A DNA stretch of 61,231 nt, the filler included. It is 3 parts of 3 records of this genome, joined end to end, with 100 filler letters (N's around TTAATTAATTAA, not from the genome) between each part and the next. Parts side by side here need not be neighbours in the genome. Positions count along the whole stretch, not along the records: positions 47,004 to 61,231 come from DRR723986_3523; 2 more parts are not named here. One strand, written 5' to 3'. The notes beneath the pieces were generated by a model that worked only from the letters and a program-made list of their open reading frames with translations, had not been told where the DNA came from and ran no database searches. Of this stretch, positions 46,904 through 56,984 are shown one piece after another (positions within the stretch are counted from its first letter, which is position 1; the number at the start of each line of letters is the position of its first letter). Both the position numbers and the translations under genes were made by a program.

Positions 46904-47003
46904 NNNNNNNNNNNNNNNNNNNNNNNNNNNNNNNNNNNNNNNNNNNNTTAATTAATTAANNNNNNNNNNNNNNNNNNNNNNNNNNNNNNNNNNNNNNNNN
47001 NNN
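46904..47003. other. Artificial contig-joining spacer
   Basis: 44 N + TTAATTAATTAA (46948-46959) + 44 N. Confidence 0.97.
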
Positions 47004-47633
47004 GAGTTTTCCGGCGGTCAGCGCCAGCGCATCGGCATTGCCCGGGCGCTTGCCAGCGGTCCCAAGGTGATCGTCGGTGATGAACCCGTCTCGGCACTGG
47101 ATGTTTCGGTGCAGGCCCAGGTCATCAATCTTCTGGAAGACCTGAAGTCGGAATTCGACCTGACGCTGATCCTGATCGCCCATGATCTGGCGGTCATCCG
47201 CCACATGAGCGACCGGGTGGCTGTCATGTATCTGGGCGAAATCGTCGAGTTGGCGCCGAACGATGCGCTCTTCGACAAGCCCTTGCATCCCTACACCCAG
47301 GCCCTGATGCGCGCGATCCCGATTGCCTCACCCCATGGGCGGTCGATGAAGGCCGCTCTCCTGGGCGACGTGCCCTCGCCACTGGATCCGCCTTCAGGCT
47401 GCCGTTTCCATCCGCGTTGTCCGCACGCAACCGACCTTTGCAGCCGGGAGAAACCGACGCCCGCCAATGTCGCGGGTGACCGGACCGTCGCCTGTCACCA
47501 CTGGGAAAAGATTGCAGACGATGCCCAGCCCCCGGTTCAGGAACCGCCAAGGAGCCCCAATGCGGAAAAGCGCTTCGCGCTGTTCCGGACCCGAAGTCAA
47601 CAAAAAGAGCCGACGACGGCCGCAAGACCATAA
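47004..47633 (+). CDS. Dipeptide/oligopeptide ABC transporter ATPase (DppF/OppF-like), 5'-truncated
   Basis: [39 protein letters not shown]. Confidence 0.92.
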   Translation, partial: EFSGGQRQRIGIARALASGPKVIVGDEPVSALDVSVQAQVINLLEDLKSEFDLTLILIAHDLAVIRHMSDRVAVMYLGEIVELAPNDALFDKPLHPYTQALMRAIPIASPHGRSMKAALLGDVPSPLDPPSGCRFHPRCPHATDLCSREKPTPANVAGDRTVACHHWEKIADDAQPPVQEPPRSPNAEKRFALFRTRSQQKEPTTAARP

Positions 47634-47661
47634 ATCGAGCCCTTCCGAGAGGAGTACAAAC

Positions 47662-49167
47662 ATGCGTAAGGATTTCCTTGCCGCGCTGCTGCTCAGCGCA
47701 ACGACCCTGGCCACGGCCGCCCAAGCCGCCGATCTTCGTATCGGCCTGCAGGACGATGCCGATGTGCTGGATCCCGATCAGTCCCGGACCTTTGTCGGCC
47801 GTATCGTCTACACCTCGCTGTGCGACAAGCTGGTGGACATCACCCCGGATCTGGAAATCATCCCGCAGCTGGCCACCGGCTGGACCTGGTCCGACGACGG
47901 CAAGGTTCTGACCATGGACCTGCGCGAAGGCGTGACCTTCCACGACGGCACGCCGTTTGACGCGGAAGCCGTCAAGGCCAATATCGAGCGCTCGAAGACC
48001 CTTCCGGAAAGCCGCCGCAAGAGTGAAGTCAAGTCCATCGAAGGCGTGGAAGTTTCCGGCCCGCTGCAAGTCAAGATCAGCCTCGCCTCGCCGGATGCAA
48101 CGCTGCTGGCCCAGTTTGCCGACCGCGCCGGCATGATGGTTTCCCCGACCGCCGCAGAAGCCGCCGGGGCCGACTTCGGCAACAACCCGGTCTGTTCCGG
48201 CCCGTTCAAGTTCGTTGAACGCGTCCAGCAGGACCGCATTGTTCTGTCCAAGTTCGACGACTACTGGAACAAGGATGCCATCAACTTCGACACCGTCACT
48301 TTCCTGCCGATCCCCGATACAACCGTGCGTCTCGCCAACCTGCGCTCCGGCGATATCGACATGCTTGAACGCCTTGCTGCAACCGACGTCGCCTCGGTAA
48401 AGGGCGATGCCAACCTCGGCTTCGCGGAAGCCGTCAGCCTTGGCTACCAGGGCATCACGGTGAACCTCAACAACGGCGAGAAGGGTGACAACCCGTTCGG
48501 CAACGAGCCGAAGATCCGCCAGGCCTTCAGCCTTTCGCTCGACCGTGACGCGATCAACCAGGTTGTCTTCGAAGGCGCCTTTGCACCCGGCAACCAGCCG
48601 TTCCCGCCGACCAGCCCCTGGTACGACAAGGACTATCCGGTTCCGGCACGGGATGTCGAAAAGGCAAAGGCCCTGCTGAAGGAAGCCGGTTATGACAGCC
48701 TCGACGTCGAAGTGCAGGTGGCCAACAACCCCGTGCAGACTCAGATGATGCAGGTTGTTCAGGCGATGGCGGCAGAAGCCGGTTTCAACGTCAAACTGAA
48801 GTCGATGGAATTCGCCAGCCTGCTGGCGGACCAGTCCGCAGGCAACTACCAGGCAAGCCAGGTTGGCTGGTCGGGTCGTGTCGATCCGGATGGCAACATC
48901 CACCAGTTCATGACCTGCAAGGGCGGGATCAACGATTCCAAGGTCTGCATTCCGGAAGTCGACAAGCTGCTGGACGAGGCGCGGCAGAGCAATGACACCG
49001 CCACGCGCAAGGCCAAGTATGACGCGGCACGGGATATCCTGATCAACGAATTGCCGATCGTCTATCTCTACCACCCGACCTGGATCTGGGCCCTGTCCGG
49101 CAAGCTGGAAGGCTTCACCGCCTATCCTGACGGCATGATCCGGCTCGAGAACGTCAAGTTCAAATAA
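47662..49167 (+). CDS. Peptide ABC transporter substrate-binding protein (family 5, DppA-like)
   Basis: GAGGAG RBS, signal peptide MRKDFL...AQA, LREGVTFHDGTPFDAEAVK, GPFKF. Confidence 0.92.
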   Translation: MRKDFLAALLLSATTLATAAQAADLRIGLQDDADVLDPDQSRTFVGRIVYTSLCDKLVDITPDLEIIPQLATGWTWSDDGKVLTMDLREGVTFHDGTPFDAEAVKANIERSKTLPESRRKSEVKSIEGVEVSGPLQVKISLASPDATLLAQFADRAGMMVSPTAAEAAGADFGNNPVCSGPFKFVERVQQDRIVLSKFDDYWNKDAINFDTVTFLPIPDTTVRLANLRSGDIDMLERLAATDVASVKGDANLGFAEAVSLGYQGITVNLNNGEKGDNPFGNEPKIRQAFSLSLDRDAINQVVFEGAFAPGNQPFPPTSPWYDKDYPVPARDVEKAKALLKEAGYDSLDVEVQVANNPVQTQMMQVVQAMAAEAGFNVKLKSMEFASLLADQSAGNYQASQVGWSGRVDPDGNIHQFMTCKGGINDSKVCIPEVDKLLDEARQSNDTATRKAKYDAARDILINELPIVYLYHPTWIWALSGKLEGFTAYPDGMIRLENVKFK

Positions 49168-49226
49168 CCAGACGCATGACGGGACCCGGCTCTTGCCGGG
49201 TCTCGTTCCAAACGGATTTTGCCTGA

Positions 49227-50174
49227 ATGCTGTCCTACATCGTACGCCGGCTGCTCATTGCCATCCCGACGCTCATTCTGGTCTCGGTCTTCGTGTTCGT
49301 GCTGCAGAAACTACTGCCCGGCGACCCGGCGCTCGTGCTTGCCGGCGAAGAACGCGATCCTGAAGTGCTGGCGTTCATCCGCGAGAAATACCGGCTCAAC
49401 GACCCGATCCTCTACCAGTATTTTTCCTGGATGAAGGCCATGCTGCAGGGCGATCTCGGCATTTCGCTGCGGACCAACCAGCCGGTGACGCAGCTTATTG
49501 CCGACAAGCTGCCGGTCACGATCCAGCTCGCGGTGATGGCGATGATCATCGCCTTTGCCATAGGCATTCCGGCCGGCATCCTGTCCGCGGTGCGCAAGGG
49601 AACCGCCGTGGACTACATCGCCAATTTCGTGGCTCTGTCCGGCCTTTCCATCCCGAATTTCTGGCTCGGCATCATGCTGATCATGCTGGTTTCCGTTCAC
49701 CTGGGCTGGCTGCCGGCCTCCGGCTATGAATCGCCCTTCGTCGATCCGCTGAAATCACTCCAGACCATGATCATGCCCGCCTTCGTGCTGGGCACGGCAC
49801 TGGCGGCCACGTTGATGCGGCACACCCGCTCGGCCATGCTGGGTGTCCTGAAGGCCGACTATGTCCGCACCGCGCGTGCCAAAGGTCTTCGAGAGAATGT
49901 GGTCATCCTGAAACACGCGTTCCGCAACGCGCTTCTGCCCATCGTCACCCTGAGTGCCCTGCTCTTCGGCGAATTGCTGGCAGGCGCGGTGCTTACGGAA
50001 CAGATCTTCACCATTCCGGGCTTCGGCAAGCTGATCGTCGATGCGGTCTTCACTCGCGATTATGCCGTCGTCCAGGGGATCGTCATGTGCACGGCTGCCG
50101 GCTTCATCCTGATGAACCTGATCGCCGATGTTCTCTACTTCCTTCTCAACCCGCGCATGAGGAGCAGCCTGTGA
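49227..50174 (+). CDS. Peptide ABC transporter permease (DppB-like)
   Basis: LPGDPA, GDLGIS, SIPNFW, DYVRTARAKGL, RDYAVVQG. Confidence 0.93.
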   Translation: MLSYIVRRLLIAIPTLILVSVFVFVLQKLLPGDPALVLAGEERDPEVLAFIREKYRLNDPILYQYFSWMKAMLQGDLGISLRTNQPVTQLIADKLPVTIQLAVMAMIIAFAIGIPAGILSAVRKGTAVDYIANFVALSGLSIPNFWLGIMLIMLVSVHLGWLPASGYESPFVDPLKSLQTMIMPAFVLGTALAATLMRHTRSAMLGVLKADYVRTARAKGLRENVVILKHAFRNALLPIVTLSALLFGELLAGAVLTEQIFTIPGFGKLIVDAVFTRDYAVVQGIVMCTAAGFILMNLIADVLYFLLNPRMRSSL

Positions 50175-51049
50175 GCGCCGTGACCACCGCCGCAGATCCG
50201 GCCGAGGAAACCATCCGCCTCGAAAGCCGCGCCTGGAAAAAACTGAAGGCGAACAAGAGCGCGCTGTTCGGTTTCGTCATCGTCGCCTTTTTCATCGGCA
50301 TAGCGGTTGCCGCGCCGCTGCTGCCCATTGCGGACCCGGCCGCAACCAGCTGGAGCGCCGTGCGCAAGGCGCCATCCGCCGTCCACTGGCTCGGCACAGA
50401 CGAGATCGGCCGGGATATCCTCTCGCGCATGATCTGGGGCGCGCAGGCCTCGCTGATGGCGGGCGTCGTGTCCGTGCTGATCGCCGTGCTGATCGGCGTG
50501 CCCTTTGGTCTTCTGTCAGGCTATTTCGGTGGCTGGATCGACCAGGCGATCTCGCGCGTCACCGATGCGCTTCTGGCAACGCCCTTTCTCATTCTGGCGA
50601 TTGCGCTTGCCGCGTTCCTGGGGCCGAGCCTCAGCAACGCCATGATCGCCATCGGCCTGTCGGCCATGCCGATCTTCGTGCGCCTGACGCGCGGCCAGGT
50701 GCTGTCGGTCAAGACGGAAGACTATGTCGAAGGGGCACGGGCCATCGGGCTCAGCCATTTCGCGATCATGTCCCGCTACATCCTGCCCAACGTGTTTGCG
50801 CCGGTTCTGGTTCAGGCGACCCTGACAGTCGCCACCGCGATCATTGCCGAAGCGAGCCTTTCCTTCCTCGGCCTCGGCCAGCAACCGCCCGCACCGAGCT
50901 GGGGTTCCATGCTGAACGTTGCCAAGAACTTCATGACCCAGGCGCCCTGGATGGCCTGGTGGCCGGGCGCGGCGATCTTCCTGGTCGTTCTCGGTTTCAA
51001 CCTGCTTGGCGATGGCCTGCGCGACGCTCTCGACCCGCGCGAAAGCTGA
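50171..51049 (+). CDS. Peptide ABC transporter permease (DppC-like), GTG start overlapping the upstream stop
   Basis: HWLGTDEIGRDILSR, EASLSFLGLG, PSWGSML, NLLGDGLRDALDPR. Confidence 0.93.
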   Translation: MSAVTTAADPAEETIRLESRAWKKLKANKSALFGFVIVAFFIGIAVAAPLLPIADPAATSWSAVRKAPSAVHWLGTDEIGRDILSRMIWGAQASLMAGVVSVLIAVLIGVPFGLLSGYFGGWIDQAISRVTDALLATPFLILAIALAAFLGPSLSNAMIAIGLSAMPIFVRLTRGQVLSVKTEDYVEGARAIGLSHFAIMSRYILPNVFAPVLVQATLTVATAIIAEASLSFLGLGQQPPAPSWGSMLNVAKNFMTQAPWMAWWPGAAIFLVVLGFNLLGDGLRDALDPRES

Positions 51050-51078
51050 CCCGTTTTTTAAAACCCAAAGAGTAACTC

Positions 51079-52866
51079 ATGCCGACTTTTACCACCCGCC
51101 CCGAAATCACCGGCACCTTCGGTGTCGTCACTTCCACCCACTGGATCGCAAGCGCCGTCGGCATGAGCATCCTGGAAAAAGGCGGCAATGCCTTTGACGC
51201 CGCCGTTGCGACCGGGCTTGTGCTGCAGGTTCTGGAGCCGCATCTGAACGGCCCTGCCGGCGATTTGCCGGTGATCTTCCACAAGGCCGGAACCGGCGAA
51301 ACCAAGGTCGTTTGCGGCCAGGGACCTGCCCCGGCGGGAGCCACCATCGACCATTACAAGGCGGAAGGGCTGGATCTCATTCCGGGCAACGGCCTGCTGT
51401 CGACCGTCATTCCGGGTGCCTTCGACGGCTGGATGCTGATGCTGCGCGACCACGGCACGTTGAGCCTGCGCGATGTGCTGGAGCCTGCGATCTATTACGC
51501 TGAAAACGGCCAGCCCATGTTGCCGGGTGCAGCGGCGACCATCGGCGGGCTGAAGGACTTCTTCCAGACAGAATGGCCGACGTCCTTCGAGACCTGGGTG
51601 CCTGGCGGAAACGTTCCGGAAGCCGGCGAGATGTTCAAAAACCCGGTTCTGGCCCAGACCTGGACCCGGCTCTTGAGCGAAGCGGAAAGCCAATCCGGCC
51701 GCGAGACGCAGATCGACGCGGCACGGGACTGTTTCTACCGCGGCTTCATTGCCGAGGAGATAGCGACCTTCCTGGAAACCGCCGAGGTGATGGACGGCTC
51801 GGGCACCAAGCACAAGGGTGTGCTGACCGCCGACGATCTGGCGACCTGGAGCGCGACTTACGAAGATCCGCTCCTGAGCGACTATCACGACTGGACCGTT
51901 GCCAAGACCGGCCCATGGGGACAGGGGCCTGTGCTCCTGCAGGCGCTGGCGCTTCTGAAAGGCTTCGACATCGGCGCGATGGACCCGGCTGGTGCCGACT
52001 TCGTCCACCATGTGACCGAAGCCATGAAACTCGCCTATGCGGACCGCGAGGTCTATTACGGCGATCCCGCTTTTGTTGACGTTCCGATGAGCACGCTGCT
52101 GTCGGACGACTACAACGATGCGCGGCGCAAACTGATTTCCGACACCGCGTCCTTCGACCTGCGCCCCGGCGTTCTGCCGGGTTTTGAGGATCAGGTCGCT
52201 GCCAACATGGCCGTGATCGAGCGCGCAGGCATTGCCAACACGGGTCTTTACGAACCGACGATGGCGCATCTTTCAGAGCGGCGGGGCGACACGGTTCATC
52301 TCGACATTATCGACCGCTGGGGCAACATGGTTGCCGCGACCCCGTCCGGCGGCTGGCTGCAATCCTCTCCGATCATTCCCGCGCTCGGCTTCTGCCTGAA
52401 TTCCCGCGCGCAGATGTTCTGGCTGGAAGACGGCTTGCCGACCAGCCTGGCGCCCGGCAAACGCCCACGCACCACGCTGACGCCGAGCCTGGCCTTCCAT
52501 GAAGGGCGGCCGGCGATGGTGTTTGGCACACCAGGCGGCGACCAGCAGGACCAGTGGCAGCTTTCCCTGTTCCTGAGGCTGGTGCATCACGGCCTCAACC
52601 TGCAGGAAGCGATCGACCTGCCGCTGTTCCACACCACCCACTTCCCGACCTCTTTCCACCCGCGCCAGCGTCAGCCGGGGCACGTGATGGCGGAAGGCAA
52701 TTTCAGCTCCGAGACAATCAATCTGCTGCGGGCCCGCGGGCATTCGGTGGAAGTTTCCGGCAACTGGACCATTGGCCGGCTGACCGCCGCCAAGCGCAGC
52801 GCTGACGGCGTCCTGAAGGCAGCGGCAACCCCGCGCCTGATGCAGGCCTACGCGATCGGCCGATAG
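51079..52866 (+). CDS. ggt: Gamma-glutamyltransferase family protein (cytoplasmic Ntn hydrolase)
   Basis: GGNAFDAAVA, KLAYADRE, autoprocessing Thr in GDTVHLDIIDRWGN, PGKRPRTTL, GTPGGDQQ. Confidence 0.9.
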   Translation: MPTFTTRPEITGTFGVVTSTHWIASAVGMSILEKGGNAFDAAVATGLVLQVLEPHLNGPAGDLPVIFHKAGTGETKVVCGQGPAPAGATIDHYKAEGLDLIPGNGLLSTVIPGAFDGWMLMLRDHGTLSLRDVLEPAIYYAENGQPMLPGAAATIGGLKDFFQTEWPTSFETWVPGGNVPEAGEMFKNPVLAQTWTRLLSEAESQSGRETQIDAARDCFYRGFIAEEIATFLETAEVMDGSGTKHKGVLTADDLATWSATYEDPLLSDYHDWTVAKTGPWGQGPVLLQALALLKGFDIGAMDPAGADFVHHVTEAMKLAYADREVYYGDPAFVDVPMSTLLSDDYNDARRKLISDTASFDLRPGVLPGFEDQVAANMAVIERAGIANTGLYEPTMAHLSERRGDTVHLDIIDRWGNMVAATPSGGWLQSSPIIPALGFCLNSRAQMFWLEDGLPTSLAPGKRPRTTLTPSLAFHEGRPAMVFGTPGGDQQDQWQLSLFLRLVHHGLNLQEAIDLPLFHTTHFPTSFHPRQRQPGHVMAEGNFSSETINLLRARGHSVEVSGNWTIGRLTAAKRSADGVLKAAATPRLMQAYAIGR

Positions 52867-52918
52867 ACGGCACCACAGCCCCGCCGATGTCTTGCACCTA
52901 TTGGCGCCGGCGGGGCTT

Positions 52919-54031
52919 TCAAACCCGTGCGAAGAGCTCCCTGAGGGCTTCGGCGTCGATTGCCCGACAAACCGCACCTGCGGGCCTTGCGGTTGGCGTG
53001 TCTTCGGCCGCCAGCATGGCGTTGAGGACAGCTTCCTCGATTGCCTCCACCGCAGCCATGTAGACCGGATCGAGCAGATCGTCGTTCAGCGACACCATGG
53101 ATTTCCACGGCCCGCTGAGCTGCGGCAGATCCATTTCATTGGCCGTGCTGAAAGCAAGGAAAATGTCGCCGGAGCTGTTGCCGCCCGGCGTTCCGCCCCG
53201 GCCAATGCCGATGGTCGCGCGGCGGGCCAGACGGTCGAGCTGAGAAGGCAGCAGCGGCAGATCCGTTGCGATGATCACGATGATCGAGCCACGCTCCGCC
53301 TTGAAGCTAGGCAACCGGTCTTCCATCATCTTTTCCCCGACGGACTGTCCCAGCACCTTGAACCATGGCCGAAGACCGTGGTTCGCCTGCACAAGAACCC
53401 CGACCGTGTGGGGCTTGCCACCTGCTTCGATACGCCGTGAGGCGGTGCCCGTTCCTCCCTTGAACTCGTAGCAGATCATGCCGGCACCACCGCCGACATT
53501 GCCTTCGGCAGGCGGATTGGATGTCGCGTTTTCGAGGGCTTTTGCCGCGTGTTCCGGCCGTACATGCAGGCCATTGATGTCGTTCAGGACACCGTCATAT
53601 GTTTCCGCGACAACCGGCATCGCCCAAAGGTGGTTGTTCTCCCAGGCATCGCGATAGGTATCGACCATCCAGCGTACGGCGGCCTCGTGCGCAGCGCCTA
53701 CGCTGTGCGTATTGGTGATCAGGATCGGGCCGGTGAAATAACCCGCGTCCTTGACCCAGTGACTGCCGGTCATTTCACCATTGCCGTTGAGCGCATGCAG
53801 CCCAGCCCACACCGGACGCGGTGTCGATGTCCGCCCCCTGGGCAGGATTGCCGTGACGCCTGTCTGCACGGGAAGGCCGTTGCTCGCGAGCGCAGGTGTC
53901 AGCCTTGAGGAAAGCGTTTCATAGCCAACAAGCACACCTTCGACATCGGTAATCGCGTTTTGCGGACCCGGAGTGCCCGGCATGGGAAGTCCCAGGTCGC
54001 GGGCACGTTTGGAGTTATGTTTCTGCGTCAT
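52919..54031 (-). CDS. dmpA: DmpA/P1-family (S58) aminopeptidase
   Basis: NAITDVEGVLVG, NGNGEMTG, PVVAETYDG.LNDI, EGNVGGG.GM, cleavage site G/SIIVIIATD, SSGDIFLAFST. Confidence 0.9.
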   Translation of the reverse strand: MTQKHNSKRARDLGLPMPGTPGPQNAITDVEGVLVGYETLSSRLTPALASNGLPVQTGVTAILPRGRTSTPRPVWAGLHALNGNGEMTGSHWVKDAGYFTGPILITNTHSVGAAHEAAVRWMVDTYRDAWENNHLWAMPVVAETYDGVLNDINGLHVRPEHAAKALENATSNPPAEGNVGGGAGMICYEFKGGTGTASRRIEAGGKPHTVGVLVQANHGLRPWFKVLGQSVGEKMMEDRLPSFKAERGSIIVIIATDLPLLPSQLDRLARRATIGIGRGGTPGGNSSGDIFLAFSTANEMDLPQLSGPWKSMVSLNDDLLDPVYMAAVEAIEEAVLNAMLAAEDTPTARPAGAVCRAIDAEALRELFARV

Positions 54032-54858
54032 TTCTTGCGGGACCGCATGTAGAGGCCAACGGATGCGATGATGAACGAAAACACCAGCATGACCGTGGCA
54101 ATTGCATTGATTTCCGGTTTGATGCCCCTGCGCAGCATCCCGTAGATGTGAACAGGCAGGGTCGTGGAATCGACGCCGGAGATGAAATAGGTGATCACCA
54201 GATCATCCATCGAGATGATGAAGGCGAGCATCGCGCCGCCGATGACACCCGGTGCGATCAGCGGCAAGGTCACCCGCCGGAATGTCGTCCAGCCATCGGC
54301 CCCCAGATCCGCCGATGCCTCTTCCAGGCTGTCGTCCATATCCGCGATGCGGGCGCTGACCACGATGAACACGTAACTGCTGAGGAACGTGCAGTGGCCG
54401 ATGATGATCGTGTGCAGGCCAAGACCGAAGCCGAAGGACACGAAGAAGATCAACAGTGCGATGCCGAGGATGATGTCGGGCATGATCATCGGCATGAAAA
54501 GAAGGGCCCGGTAGAAATTCTTGAGGCGGAACCTGAAGCGGGCGACCGCCAACGCAACCGACGTACCTAGCACTGTCGACACTGCCGTCGTGATAAGGGC
54601 TACCGTCAGGCTGTTCAGGACCGCGTTATAGAGCTGATCGGTGGATTCAACATAAAGCGTCAGCTCGTTCAGTTCCGTCGGGAAGCCGAAGATCGTGCGG
54701 TACCAGTCGAAGGTAAACCCCTGCCAGATCATCATGTTGACCGGGTTGGAGTTGAACGAGAACACCGTGATCAACAGGATCGGCACGTAGATGAAGACCA
54801 GAAACAGCCATCCGTAGACCGACAGGAACAGGTTTCGCCAGGAAATCTTGCGTCTCAT
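54028..54858 (-). CDS. Polyamine-type ABC transporter permease (PotC-like)
   Basis: FSFN...W.GFT..WY, LEEASADLGA, FIISMDD. Confidence 0.9.
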   Translation of the reverse strand: MRRKISWRNLFLSVYGWLFLVFIYVPILLITVFSFNSNPVNMMIWQGFTFDWYRTIFGFPTELNELTLYVESTDQLYNAVLNSLTVALITTAVSTVLGTSVALAVARFRFRLKNFYRALLFMPMIMPDIILGIALLIFFVSFGFGLGLHTIIIGHCTFLSSYVFIVVSARIADMDDSLEEASADLGADGWTTFRRVTLPLIAPGVIGGAMLAFIISMDDLVITYFISGVDSTTLPVHIYGMLRRGIKPEINAIATVMLVFSFIIASVGLYMRSRKK

Positions 54859-55790
54859 GCCGCGACCTCCTCTGCGACCTTCGATCCGCCGGAGCGCCGC
54901 TCTTCACGGGTAACAATGCGGATGTAGTAGAGAAGCAGGACCAGGACAGCGGCCATCACCATCATTCCGAGCGCCGCTCCGAAGGGCCAGTTGCGCGCCG
55001 ACAGGAATTGCTGCTCGATCAGATTGCCGATCATGACCACCTTTGCCCCGCCCAGAAGCGACGGCACGATGAAATTGCCGAGGCTCGGGATGAAGACGAT
55101 GATCGAGCCACCGACGATGCCTGGCAGGGTCATTGGCAGGATCACGCGAAAGAACGTCTGAAGCCGGTTGGCACCCAGGTCCTGCGAGGCTTCAATCAGG
55201 CTGTGGTCCAGCTTTTCGATGCTGGCATAGAGCGGCAGGAACATGAACGGCACGAAAACATAGACCATGCCGATGACCACCGCCGTGCCTGTGAAGATGA
55301 TTTCCAGCGGCTGATCGATCAGTCCGAGGCCCATCAGCGCCTGGTTGAAGAAACCGGTCGGCCTCAGGATCAGGACCCATGCGAACAGACGCACGATCAG
55401 GCTGATGAAGAAAGGCAGCGTGATCAGGAAGATGACCAGGTTTTTCATCCTGTCCGACATCCGCGACACCCAGAAAGCGACCGGGTAACAGAGGATGAGA
55501 CTGAGCAAGACAGTGGTTGCCGCCAGTTTCACCGACCGCAGAAAGATCTCGATATAGACGGGATCGAAGCGCTCGTACTTGGTGTCGGCCCACCCCAGGA
55601 TGCGGCCGTAGTTCAGGTGAAAGAACTTCCATTCAACGCCGCCATAAAGACCCGGTGTGAGCCAGGAATAGACGATCATGATGGCGAGCGGCCCGAGGAA
55701 GAAGACCGCGAGAAAGACGGACGGTGGCAGCAAGAGGCCAAACAGCGTCAGCTTTCGCCTGTTTTCCAGTGTGTTGTGCCCCCTGCTCAT
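54855..55790 (-). CDS. Polyamine-type ABC transporter permease (PotB-like)
   Basis: LPFFIS..VR.FAW, PFMFLPLY, LIEASQDLGA, RNWPFGAAL. Confidence 0.9.
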   Translation of the reverse strand: MSRGHNTLENRRKLTLFGLLLPPSVFLAVFFLGPLAIMIVYSWLTPGLYGGVEWKFFHLNYGRILGWADTKYERFDPVYIEIFLRSVKLAATTVLLSLILCYPVAFWVSRMSDRMKNLVIFLITLPFFISLIVRLFAWVLILRPTGFFNQALMGLGLIDQPLEIIFTGTAVVIGMVYVFVPFMFLPLYASIEKLDHSLIEASQDLGANRLQTFFRVILPMTLPGIVGGSIIVFIPSLGNFIVPSLLGGAKVVMIGNLIEQQFLSARNWPFGAALGMMVMAAVLVLLLYYIRIVTREERRSGGSKVAEEVAA

Positions 55791-56905
55791 GCCGGAACTC
55801 CATTTCCCGGAATGAGGTGCACGGCATCATGTGGCACGAACAGCGAGGTCTGTTCGCCGATGGTGTGATGCGACGTGCCAGGTCCCGCCCGAAGCGATGC
55901 CCTGACCGGCGGCAGCCCCTGGCAAGAAAGGACAAGACGGTAATCGGTTCCGGCGAAAAAGCTCTCGCTGACCGTGCCCGAGATTTCGTGTCCCACCCGC
56001 TCGCCAGAACCGCTTTGCCCCAGGTCCACCAGAAGGTTTTCCGGCCGGATCAATACCTTAGCCGGATCGCCTCGCTTCAGGCCGTTTACCGGACAATCGC
56101 GTATGACGGTACCATCGGTCAGAACGACGTCGCAACGCGTACCGGCAACCGAAACCACTGTCGCGTCCAGGAGGTTGCTTTCGCCGATGAAGCGGGCAAC
56201 GAATTCGTTCGCCGGACGTCGGTAGAGCTCTTCAGGCGCATCCAGTTGCTGGATGGTGCCGCCGTTCAGCACCGCGATCCGGTCCGACATAACCAGCGCT
56301 TCTTCCTGATCGTGGGTGACGAAGATGAACGAGATGCCAAGTTCGTGCTGCAGGGTCTTCAGCTCCTGCTGCATCTTGTGGCGCAGGTTCTTGTCGAGTG
56401 CCGACAGAGGTTCATCCAGCAGAAGAATTTTTGGCCGCGCCACAAGCGAACGGGCAAGGGCCACCCGCTGTTGCTGTCCACCGGAAAGCTGGCCGATCTT
56501 GCGCGCGCCCATTCCGGCAAGGCCGACAAGCTCGAGCATGCTGCCGACACGCTGTCTGATTTCCGCTTTCGCGACGCCTCTAACCTCGAGGCTGTAGGCA
56601 ACGTTCCGTTGCACCGACAGGTGCGGGAACAGGGCATATCTTTGAAAGACGGTGTTGACCGGTCGCTTGTGTGCCGGCTGATCCGATACCGGTTGGCCGT
56701 CTATGTAGATCTCGCCACCGTCGAGATCCTCAAACCCGCTGACCGCCCTCAGCAAGGTGGTCTTGCCGCAGCCCGACGGGCCAAGCAGCGTCAGAAACTC
56801 GTTGTGAGCCACTGTCAGGGACACATTGTCCAGTGCCCGGATGACGCCACCTTCCGGAGCCTGAAAGCTCTTGGAGGCGCTTTCGATCCTCAAAATTCCT
56901 TGCAT
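55787..56905 (-). CDS. Polyamine-type ABC transporter ATPase (PotA-like)
   Basis: GPSGCGKTT, VFQRYALFPHL, LSGGQQQR, LLDEPLSALD, THDQEEA, C-terminal TOBE-like domain. Confidence 0.92.
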   Translation of the reverse strand: MQGILRIESASKSFQAPEGGVIRALDNVSLTVAHNEFLTLLGPSGCGKTTLLRAVSGFEDLDGGEIYIDGQPVSDQPAHKRPVNTVFQRYALFPHLSVQRNVAYSLEVRGVAKAEIRQRVGSMLELVGLAGMGARKIGQLSGGQQQRVALARSLVARPKILLLDEPLSALDKNLRHKMQQELKTLQHELGISFIFVTHDQEEALVMSDRIAVLNGGTIQQLDAPEELYRRPANEFVARFIGESNLLDATVVSVAGTRCDVVLTDGTVIRDCPVNGLKRGDPAKVLIRPENLLVDLGQSGSGERVGHEISGTVSESFFAGTDYRLVLSCQGLPPVRASLRAGPGTSHHTIGEQTSLFVPHDAVHLIPGNGVPA

Positions 56906-56984
56906 TCTACCCCCTCGGAACGTCAGGCGACATGCGCGGCCCGTGGCCGCGCAGTCTGAATGTGACGGTCATCCGCATCCGCAC